DNA of 64,000 nucleotides, taken from Dimorphilus gyrociliatus. Taxonomy: Eukaryota; Animalia; Annelida. The notes under the pieces are model-generated. The model did not search any database. It was not told the origin of the DNA and was given only the letters and a program-made list of their open reading frames with translations. This document shows, piece by piece, positions 41,136 through 52,900 of the stretch; the first letter of the stretch is position 1; each line of letters starts with the position of its first letter. Where the stretch lies: NCBI GenBank assembly GCA_904063045.1, contig CAJFCJ010000010.1:806001-870000 (forward strand), in the 5' to 3' direction. A program made the translations under genes and the position numbers.

Positions 41136-44100
41136 ATGAGCAAGTCAAACAAATGCCCTTGCCTTAAATATTTCATATTTTTAGCCGGCGCGTTCGCTAT
41201 TGGTTTCCTTATTGCTTGGTTTTCGCGAGGAAGTTTAGTGGAGAATGTTGAGAAAAATCAAACTTTTTATAAAGGATTTCAAGAAAAACTAGTTAATAAT
41301 ATAGTTGAAATGGTAGAGGGTAAATATATTAAAAAATATTTAAGAACATATGCCGGAAAGCCACATCTAGCTGGAACGCCCCAAGATAAAATCAATGCTG
41401 AAACTCTTTACAAATTCTGGAAAGGCTTGGGATATGAGACAAAAATTATTCCTTATAAAGTATTATTATCTTATCCAGTTGGTGATCCGAAAGAATCGAA
41501 TCTAGTAGAATTTGCAAAATCTAATGGACTTTGGCGAAGCGCAATATTTGAGAAGAAACTCGGAAAAGCTATCTATAACTACTCTGAGATGGTTCAACCA
41601 TTTAACGGTTTCTCTGGATCGGGCGATGTTCGTGGAACACTTGTATATGTCAACTATGGAAGAGAAGAAGATTTTCAATATTTAAAAAACAAATTTAATA
41701 TAAACTTTCAGGGTAAAATTGTAATTGCCAAATATGGGAAAATATTTAGAGGAGACAAGGTTAGTACTTGTACATAAACGCCCTCTCCTTGTGTCTCTAT
41801 CTATTTCTTGTTACAAACAAATAGGCTAAAACGGCTCAAAGGTGGAAAGCGGAGGGAATAATACTCTTCACCGCTCCATTAGACTACGCTCCCGAGTCGG
41901 TTGGAAAACCTTTTCCTGAAGGAATTCTAATGCCATCTAGTGGAGTTCAAAGAGGTTCACTACTTCTCGGGGGAGATCAATTAACACCCGACTTCGCAGC
42001 AACAAGTAATATAAATATACAATAAATAATTAAGCATCGAAACAAATACCAATAGAGACAGCAGAATAAAAATTATATAGCTCGCTTTTAGTAAAACAAA
42101 AGAAAATGTAAACCCTAAAGATTAAATTTATCCATACAGAAAGTAGAATAACAGTTTATTCTACGTGTTTCCATTTTTGTCTATTGTTTTAAGTTTATAT
42201 TCAAAGGGGGAGTTAGGACTATTTGAAATTGTCTAATATTTCAATTAATTGATAGAGTATGCTGCAATTTAATATTCTTTTCGAAGAAAGAAAAAACTAA
42301 ATGCTAATTTTTTATGCCATTCGTTTACAAAGAAAATGTATATATCTATCTATCTATACATCTATATATCTGTATACAATATATTTATATACTATTACTG
42401 TTATTATTATTTAAATAACATATATTTAAATATTGAATTTATTACAAATTAATTCGTTGCTCTTTTTGTTTTACAGACAATACATATTCATACAGAATAT
42501 CAGAGGCTGAAATATCAGACTCGATAAAAATTCCTGTCATTCCGATTAGCTATGAGGATGCTCAATCTCTATTAGAGTATACTTTCTAAATTAGATAAAT
42601 GTCAATAGCAGTTCAACTAAAATATAATTCACTCAGGCATGAAACAATAGACGATGCTACCATTAAAGAGAAATTACCTTCCGATTGGAAACATGGGCTA
42701 AAATTGAAAAAAATAGATACATCTATATACTTTACTTATGACAATTCATTTAACTTGCAAAGGTATCGCAAACTATAGTTCTTTGAATTAAATAATTAGT
42801 ATATAAGGAAAAAATTTTAGAACTGTAAGAGTCAATGTGAACGTATCGAAAGAATTACGAACTACTTATAACGTTCATGCTACGATCAAGGGCACGACGG
42901 AAGAGGGTATATATCATTCATGTTATAACAATAGCATAATAAAGGGTTTCATTATCTGCAGACAGATACGTGATTGTGGGTAATCATAGAGATGCATGGA
43001 CTCATGGATCTATTGACCCATCCAGCGGGACCGCCACAATGCTTGAAATATCTAGAGTTATCTCAAAAGTCCACCGAGAGAGAGGATGGCGACCTAGACG
43101 AAGTATTATATTTTGTAGCTGGGCTGCCGAAGAACAAGGTTTAATAGGTTCAACCGAATGGGTAGAACAATACGGACATATTTTATCAAATAGAGCAATA
43201 GCTTATATAAATACGGATATAGCAGTTCAAGGAACAGATACTTTCCGAGGTAGAGTTTCTTCCTCACTTATCGAAACAGTTCTGCTAGAAGCGACAAAAG
43301 CTGTTAAAAATCCAAACAAACAAGAGATTAAAGATGGCCGTAATACCGTTTTCGATACGTGGAAAAAGTACTACCCATGTAAACAAAATCCCGAAAAGCC
43401 ATAGTTTGTATTACTTGATTACGAGTAACTTTTGACAGAGATTTTTTATTTTTACATCCTTTAATAGCTTAATTCCTCTTGGTTCTGGTAGTGATTTTGA
43501 ACCTTTTGTAACTAGGCTTGGAGTTACTTCTGTTGACCTGCGCTATTCATTTGATCCGGTATAATCTGGCAATCAGTTAACTAAATTCTAATTTTAAATA
43601 CTTATATTCCTTTTTAGCGTAAACCCTTATCTTCCTATCCACTGTATCATACTATGTATGAAACTATCGAATTAGTTGAAAAATACTACGATCCAGATTA
43701 TAGCTATCACGCGTCTATTAGTAAAATAATGCTCTACATGGCTTTACGATTAGTCGATTCAGATATTCTTCCCTTCGAGCCGATTTTATTCTCAGAGCAG
43801 CTTGGAAATAGCATAAAATCTTTTTCTAAAAAGGCTATGAATGTTGCAAGTGATGTAGCTAAAATGCCTAATAAAGTCAAGGACTCTCTAGGTGCAGATA
43901 GAGATTTAAATCCGATTGATGTACAAGACAATAGCTATTGAATAATCGTATTATTACCCTACAGATGATTTACTTAGAGCTGCAGATGAACTAAAAAAAA
44001 GATCAAAGAGCTTTGATTCTGTGCTAAAATCTGTCGATAAAACTAGGTAAGTAAGTTATTGAAGATCATTAAAGAAAGGCTACACGTGTTCTTTTCAACC

Positions 44101-44400
44101 CTTTTTTTTAGACACTTGAACGTCAGATCGATTAATGACCGCCTAATGGAGATTGAGCGTCACTTTATTCACCCACAAGGGTTGCCTAATAGACCTCGCA
44201 TGAGGAACTTGCTTCTCTCTCCAAGTGTCTATAACAGTTATTCAGCAACTCCTCTACCGGGATTGTACGATACTCTTTTTGAAATTGAAAAAAAACAGAA
44301 AACTAGTTGGAAGAAAGTTCATAAGCAAATTAGCTTATTGTCAAACGCCGTTAGGGAGGCGGCAGCCTCGTTAGAATGTACTAGTAATTTTATGATATAG
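41136..44400 (+). CDS. Type II membrane M28B metallopeptidase of the glutamate carboxypeptidase II / NAALADase family, 764 aa, ten exons
   Basis: Exons 41136-41759, 41825-42005, 42477-42576, 42637-42762, 42821-42906, 42962-43403, 43468-43558, 43618-43891, 43965-44046 and 44112-44400 are all GT-AG and phase-compatible (2295 nt). The N-terminal TM anchor, PA domain (GDVRGTLVYVNYGREEDF, KYGKIFRGDK), zinc ligands (GNHRDAW, IDP, WAAEE, INTD, YPLYHT) and TfR-like dimerisation domain (INDRLMEIERHF) are all present. Confidence 0.95.
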
Positions 44401-44541
44401 ATAAACGCAGAATTAAGATAGAAAGCTTGTATTTAGTCTGATCAGAAATCTATTTGAAATTTTAAACTCGTTATCTATCTATCCATCTTATCAAATATAG
44501 CTATCATTTTACTCAAAGGTTTATTTTTGTGTGAATATCTA

Positions 44542-44556
44542 CCGACAGATGGCGTC
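44542..44556 (+). promoter_or_regulatory. CTCF-like motif (CCGACAGATGGCGTC) just 3' of the peptidase gene
   Basis: CC..CAGATGGCG matches the consensus. Motif match only. Confidence 0.45.
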
Positions 44557-46908
44557 TTAAAGAACTTTTACAATTTGCTTTATAAAAAGAATATTTTTCT
44601 CCCACACCTTTAATCATTCTTTCATGTTTTCTCCCTCTCTCCCGCGCCTTCTCTCTCTGGCTATCTGTTCATTGAGTCTATCTCGTTCATTCTCAATTAC
44701 AAATTGGTTTAATAACGTTTACAGAAGATATCTGCCAGCTTCCGCAATAAATAATGCAGCTGTAAACTGGCGAATGGTTACCTAAACTAAAAAAACAATT
44801 TTTGATTGCTTTTAATCAAATAAAGGTAATATAATTTGTCCTAGAAAGAGAAAAAATAGTGATAAAATGTTAAATAGTATTGAACTGTATATAAGTACAT
44901 TTATTAGTATCTCTATATATATACTCTAAGGATTGATACTGTATATTTGAAACGTTTTCCTCTGTTTTCTATATTCTTTAATAGATAACGAATTTGGAGA
45001 GAAAGAGAAAGTCTCTTTTTATTGTTTCTTAAGTATTATTTATCAAAAAAGACAACAAACCAATAATATTGCACTCGCACGCCAATTATTAGGATAATTT
45101 CAGTTTGTTTTTCAACTTATCTACATGTACTCTTCATATAATATACAATATACTTTTAGTACAGTATACTGATTACTATAGAAGTATCAGTATATTGGTA
45201 AATTGAATAAAGTTCGTTATTATCATCTCTATTTATGAGAGTGGCAGCTGACAACTTTTAATTCACAGATGATAATCTATATTGGTAAAGGATTAGGCTA
45301 ATCGCAATTTTTTTCTTTATAAATCAACTTTTCTGGTAGATGCGGTTGTTGTAGCTATTATCTTTGGCCAAAAATATATTCTTATATTATATTTATATAT
45401 ATATGTGACACCTTTATATGTTTCGATTTTTGAAATTGGTCTTCTTTATTCGTAAATGTTCGTTTTATGACTGACAATAATAACCTTGGGCTATCTTTTT
45501 TAGAAACTTGACACTGACTATCTACTAAAGGTCGTCTAGTAGCTTCCTCTCTCTATATATACGTCTGTCCCAGTCTATATCCTCCCACACATATATTCTC
45601 TCGTTTCGTATTGTGTCAATCCGTTTTAGAATTTTATATAATAGGTAATTTTTTCATCTTCCCTCCGGTCTATAAATTACTTCCGTCGATTATATAATAT
45701 ACCTACATTTAGTCACGATATAGTTTATGTAACCTTTGTATATTTGTACATGGCGTATTCTCTCTCCATTTGTTTTCGATTATAAAAAAAAGGAAATATT
45801 CTCTTTCTATTGATTTCTAATATTAATGAATATTTGGAATTTATATCAATATTAATTTAAAATAGAAAATACTCCTATAGAACCAATCTAACGGGAAATA
45901 AGTCTAATTTCCCGTTTGATTCCTTCCTCCTTTATTTCTTTATGACTTTCGAATACTTTTGTTAGAGGGCAATAATTAAGCCTAATGACAGAGTATGGAT
46001 AAATTACACACTATTTATATCAAACGCCAGATGTCAGCATATGCGTTATCCAAGACGTACTTTGTCGACACCCCTATTTTCCCGTAGAACTTGAACTGCT
46101 CTGCATAATTAAGAAGGTGCATGGTTCATTTGAAAAGTGAATCCCAAAGCGCCACAAAAACTTTTAAGGAATTTTCTTCAACTGAGCTGAGAACGATTTT
46201 TTGCAGATAAGATACTTAAATTCCTCTCTTCTTCTCACATCTTCTGCCGATAAAGCTTTTTTTTTCTGTTTCCCCGTGATATTCGTGCCAAAGAAAATTG
46301 GGGAAGAATAAAGGAACAATTGAACAGAGAACGTCTATCAGAAAACTTCTGAGAAGAGGAAAAAGAAGCTAAAAGGAAAAGAAAAAAATGTTCATATCAT
46401 CAACAACTAATTGGGGGAAACGAATAGATGTGATAGATGCTTGATAAGTTAATTATAATTCTCTTTCATTACTCGAGGACTATAAAAGGATTACTTTTCA
46501 AGTAATAGGGTCATGTAAATAGCTGTTGATGAGATAAGGTAAGAAAATATACAGTTTTTATTATATTTTCAAATTTTTATATAAAAAAAAGTTTCTCTTT
46601 ATTTTTACGATTACAAGTCTATTACATCTATTTTGGGTATCCCTTATCAGTTCATGCAAATTTACTCCTAGCATATTTAATTTCTCTTCTATAAACTTGT
46701 AGATTAAGTTATCGCATCCATTTGCATATTGTTTACCTGTGATTACGTAAAGTTATATAAATTAGGCGCGTCATTCGGTTGACGAACACCTGTTCTGGAG
46801 CAAAGTTATTTGAACATTTCTTTCTTTTATAAAGGATACTAAATCACTGCTTATTGACTTAGACGTTACACTGTAAATATTGTATATTTTTCCAATCTTA
46901 TCAGAAAA

Positions 46909-49900
46909 ATGTTGAAGTTCGTCGTGAACGGCAAAAATAGACAAAAGAGGTCACCTTCAACGTCATCGGATAAGCCTAAAGTTTGCACTCTGCAAGCACA
47001 TATAGATGCTGTCTCCCTACCAATTGAGTTGTCGCGGGAATCGGATAACGATACAGAATTTGAATTATTGATAACCCGGGATGAAATTCGTGATATAACA
47101 CAAGTCGGCGGTGAGTGTTTTCTTTTGATCTTTGTAACTGTTTCCTGAAAGTTGGGGCACCCCTCGTCTTAAGTGCGTTCTCAATATTTTAAAATGTCGT
47201 TAATTTGTAACAATAAAAAAAAAAAGACTGAAGATGCTGAAAAGATGGGATAAACAGTCTTTTGATGTTCGATAACGAAGCTGATTATGTCGAAGAGTAA
47301 GGTATAACTTTCTCTTTGAAGTCTGGACAACAAGTATATAACAGGGTAAATTAGCCTTCAAACAACGGCTCTTTTATCTCATCTATTTCGTTATATTTTC
47401 AAGTATTTTTCTTTCTTCCCCGCCGTCTTTTTTAAAATTTATCTATAAGAATAACAAAAATATCCGTTTTTATACCATTAAAGGTTCTTTCCTATGATGA
47501 AAATGGGAAAATTCTTTATATAATAGCATTCTTTCGTGTCTTATGGATATCAATAACTATTATTTTAACAATGAATATCTATTCTAGTCGATTTATTTTA
47601 ATTTCTTGAAAAAACATAATATAATTCCTTATCTCCGCTCATCTAAAGCCGTTTTCTCAAACGGGAAGCACGAAGAATTCGACTCATATTTAAGAAATCT
47701 AACCGCCCAATAGAAAGAATATACAAAATCAATACTGTTAAAAAACAAGCTATTATTCGATTGAGCAATTTAGTTTTTCATATTTTCTTTATTATATAGA
47801 TTTGTTCAAAGATACCAAATATAATTTAATTCAATAAATATTCATAAGCATATCTTATTTTTATGCATCACTTCTCCATTACTATTTCCGTACGCCATTC
47901 TCTAAAGGACTAAAGGGAATTGAAATATTTACAATGTTTTGACAAACAATTCAGTCACGATTTTGAAGTGAACCGAAAAAATGTATAAGTTTTCCCTTTG
48001 ATCTATTGTCTCCCATTAAGAGCAACGTAAATAAACACCGCAATAAAAGTTAATACGTAACAAGTAATGTATATTCGTTTCTTAGCTAGAAAAGAGACGA
48101 TTGTTCTTTGTAGGGAAATTTTATTCATTTATGTATTTCTTCGGAAGGAAATTAAATATAAATGAACTAGTATTAGTTGTAGAAAAGAGAGAGAGAGGGA
48201 GACAGAGAGGGAGAGAGATAGAGAGATAATGAAAGAGAGTGAGGGGGAGAGGGGGGCAAAAGGAGCAAAGAGGGCAGAAAAACGTACGGAAAACTTGCAA
48301 GTTAAGTGTATAATTCCTATCGAGTATATCCGGTTGTACTTGAGAAGTGAAAATAGTGATAAAATATTTGTAAAAAAAAATATTTGTTAGCTTTAATTGC
48401 TATAAAAAAGATATACTTTATTCACTCTATCATATACAATTTGTTTACTTTTGATTAAGAAGCGTTTATAATGAAAGTTTGCACCGTCAATAAGGTACGG
48501 TATACTTTGAAAGGGTTTAGTTGTTATTCCTTTTTTACTCTTCTGCTAACATTTTCGTTACTTAATTTCAAAAGGAACGGTAAATTAGATATTCTTGTTA
48601 GTTCTATTCCATAAATTTTTATTGTGAAAACTAAGAAAACTAAATAGCTTTAGATTTTATTGTCCTATTCAGTTTTGTCCCCCACACCCCCTTCCTAAAT
48701 TCCCTTTTCTCCGCCCAGAAGTCACATGACCTGGAATAATAAATAAAAATTATTTGTCTATTTGAACAGATATCGATACAGTACACTACGTACCGCATAG
48801 ACGAATATCACGTTTATTGTAAATATATATATATAATGCCTTTGATCTATCTTGATTTTCCTGAAAGAAGAAAAGGGTCCATTTTTATTCGGGTCTGTAC
48901 CTTTAACAGAAGGAAGCCTGTCTTACGTCGAAGTATCGAAATTCAATTTACCTTTGAATTTTCTCAGGGCGCTAAACAATTTTTCTAAAGGCTTTTTAAC
49001 TGCAACAGTCTTCAAAACCTGCTTTGTTCAGTTTTGTTCACTTTTAGGCGGCAATTTTTTTTTACAATTTTATTATAAATTTTTACTCATAAATCATGCC
49101 ATTAGATGGATAAATCTTAACGGGATTTTCTCTATTCAAGCAAAAAGTAGTCTTTATTTACTCAATTTAGATTTTATTTTGGCCCTCAAAGATCCTTTTA
49201 TTTGAATGTTCAACCAACTCGAAATGTGTATAACATACTTGAATTTTGAACAGATGGGCGGACGTTTCTAAATCTCTTTTGGAATTTTTTCGCATTTAAG
49301 TGCAAAATATGCATCAGTAAATAACTGATTTCCATATGGAACTAATAGTCTTACATAGGAATTTACACATCATTTATGCCATACAAGACTTTTCTCATTA
49401 AACTTCTATATTATGCTTTAAAAAGAGAGAGAAAGAGAGAGAGAGAATGAGATAAGAAAGAAAATAATCAAAAAGATAAAAAAAACTACAAGTTAACTAA
49501 CTATATATTTTTACTTAATAAAAAAAGTTTGTAAGAGCGAAAACTTTCGAACATATGGCAACTCGATTCGTTTTTATTTACCGAACATGATGAAGTAAAG
49601 GAGTATAGGGTAACAAAGCGATTTTTGTACTTTTAATTAAAACTATAAAGCTTCAAATTGGAAAATAAGAAAAATTCCTTAAAAGTCACTTTCTTCTATC
49701 AAAACTCAATTCTTTTTTATAAGGAACAAGTAACAGGATTCGGTTATTAGTCAAAGAGTTAAATTACAATTGGACTATAAAAAGAGGTGTAACATCTTAT
49801 ACGGTTCATCGCTTCTAGTCGAGAATTTCTACAATTTCCCTATTTCTTTACCTTGTTAGACAGATGATACGCAATAAATCAAAGTGTTCAGAATTAAAAA

Positions 49901-52900
49901 CCACTCTTCTCGATTATAAAAAAATATTCTGTTTTTTACCTTTTTTCGTATTACGGTGACACTTATAAATAGTATGTTTTGAATTTAAAGTCTATTCGAA
50001 TGTTTAAATTGTTCAATTCACCTTAGACTGCATTATCAAAAAAAGGTCCGAAAAGGATTTAAAATATGCATATATTGAGGTATATGGCTAATTCTTTAGG
50101 TTCTTTTGTAAACTAAGTCTTTTCTATATTATAAAGAAACCCTTTATTTTACGTCAGTCTCTCCATATTAAAAAGGGATTTTACAAGATAACAAAGCTCT
50201 TGAATATATAGTTTTACACCTTTACATCTTAAAGGTTTCTTTCATCTTTAAATTGAATTAATATTTTGAATAATTTTTATTTATCCCTTCTTTATTTTTC
50301 AGTTGAAAAGTGCGACGACGGCAGGAAAACCCCTTCACAAGATTCCGATATAGAAAGTTTTAAGAGCGAAGCAGACAAATCAGACGGTGAGTTGTATGCG
50401 AGATACATTTTTTTCCTCTTGAAAAATAAAAGAAGCTAGTGAGAATTTACTGCTATAAACGATGCACGAGATCGTAAAGATAGAAAGAAAGTCATCAATT
50501 TTACATAAAAATTGAATGTGACTTGAAAGGAGAACTCAGTAGGTGGTGAAACATTCTAAGGCCTAGTTGTACTATTCCTTGTGTTAAAATCGCCGTTAAT
50601 GATGACACTAATGGCGTTTTTCGGGAGGAAATTACGGTCGTTTTCATGTGTCAACGTTATGTAATAGGAAGGTAAGGATAATCTGACTCTGGTTCAATAA
50701 ACAATGGAACTGATCGTTCATTGCAAAAATAGCTTCAAGCGGGATAATAAACGAATATATTTTCTCGAAATTCAATACAGTTTTTGCTCGAGGCTGTCAA
50801 AAAACAGTGCAAATAAGACAAGAACAAGCAATAGCACGTTTTTCCACTATATATCGGCCTTTTCTCTTCCATAACCGTTCATTACGCTCATGTTTTTATT
50901 TGTCATTAGTGAGCATTGATTTATTAATATTCATTTGTACATTTATTTGCTTAAATGTCTATTGAACAAAGTCCATAAATCAACTAGAGCAAGGTGAAAA
51001 AAGGGTTTTTTTCTGTTTTTTCTTTTTAAGGAAAAAAAATTTATTGAATGGAAAAATAATGTTTATATCCTAATGAACTTTGTTGTCAATCAAATTCAAT
51101 ACTATTACATTGAATTAGCGGATAAAGAGACGTAATTAGTAAAGTGAGTTCAATCTGTACTTAGTTACGTAATATATTTTCTTAGTTGACGGGCGTGCTC
51201 CGTTCTTTTCCACCCAAATTATCTCCTTCCACTTGCCAATGTGTATGCATACTTGCAGACACAACTTTAGTTTCCCAATGCGAATAGGAAAAACTCGCCC
51301 GAGAAAGAAAAACTGCTAACAATAAATTAATTAAAACTATTCTATTTATATAAAACTTTATATTAATAATTTTAGGCCTAATAACCATTTAATTGAAACT
51401 TTTTTCAAATGGTTTTTTTATTTGACATACTTACAAATGATAGGATAGAAATTTCTATATGGCCTTTTTAAATTAGAGATTAATCGCTTATTACTAATTT
51501 AATAATAATAGCTGTAATGGCAAACACAATAAAGATAATATCAGTATCCTCGCTTCCTTAGTCTATGTAAATCATATTGATTTGCCTACCTGGTTAGTTT
51601 GTGACAATTAATAGTCTAGAGAAAATCTGACAGAAATGCATTAAGCTTTGTTATGTTTTTGTGTACCTGCGAAAATAAATTGTATACATAGGTTTTCTCT
51701 CATTTTTGCATACGGCTTAAAGGCGTTTTAATTCGATCACTGAGTAAATTATAATCCACTTTTATTAAAATTAAAAGAGATAGGAGAAAAGAAAAAAATC
51801 GGTTTGAGAGGCCATTAATTCTCCGTTAAATTCAATACACATTTTAACAAGTTTAATTAGCATATCATTTGCATAAATATACACTAGTTACTTTTAAGTA
51901 TAAACTACTTGTTAAGAAAAACACGATTAAAAGTTACTTCTTTCCCTTTTAGAGTAGTTTAAGTAACGTAAACTCGACTATTAATATTAATTGATAGGAC
52001 TTAACAAAAAATTATACGTTGCAAAATGTTGTACCCAAGGTTTTTATCCTGTAAAATTATAGGCGTTACATAGTGATATTAAGTAAGTCACGTGACATCA
52101 AAGGGATTTACTAAAAATTAACCCGCATGCTAGCCGGAATATAAAAAACCAGCTGCTCTCTTTTGTTAAAAACGCCGAAATCCGTTAGATGAGTATCGAC
52201 GACGCCCATACCTCTACCTTGACATTGAACTTTGAACTCATAAGCAAGTTTTAACAGGTTCCTTGCCGTTTCATCGGAAACTTTACTGGGAGCTAATAAA
52301 ATCTAAGAGGTGCGGGGGGGGGTAAATTCAAAAATAGAAAGGAATAAAAAGTTCCTCACCACTTTAGAACGCTTTCAAACTTCTTGAATAAAGTTATAAT
52401 AGAAATTTACTGTTGTGTATACAAACAGTACAACTGCTTCACTAAAGTTATAAAATACAAAATATATAAAAAAAAAGCTTGTCAAGAATTTATAGTTATT
52501 TGGTTTCAATGCAAACAATAACCCCAGGCCTGTTATTATCAACACCTTTTTTTCTATAGTGCGTTGAAATCGCCACTTCGCACCCTGGTTTTGACATGCA
52601 AAACAATTTCCCAAATGCAAAAGTGAATATCAATATTTCCTTAAGCAAATAACGGCTTAATTGACCGTTAATTACGGCTTTCTAAGCTGGACAGCAAACA
52701 CATTTGCTAAACTTTTGAAAACTCTAGTCCGATTTGTAAACTTTTAAAAACAAAGTAAGTTACTTAAAAGCTGTTTGTTTTAAGTTTACCTTCGATCTTT
52801 TGCTGTTTTTTCATCCCCGTGTTAAAGTCGGAGTAAACACTTCACTGAAAATATTTCCCCTGACCTGGGAAATTTAGACGCATAGGGCGACGTCGCCATC

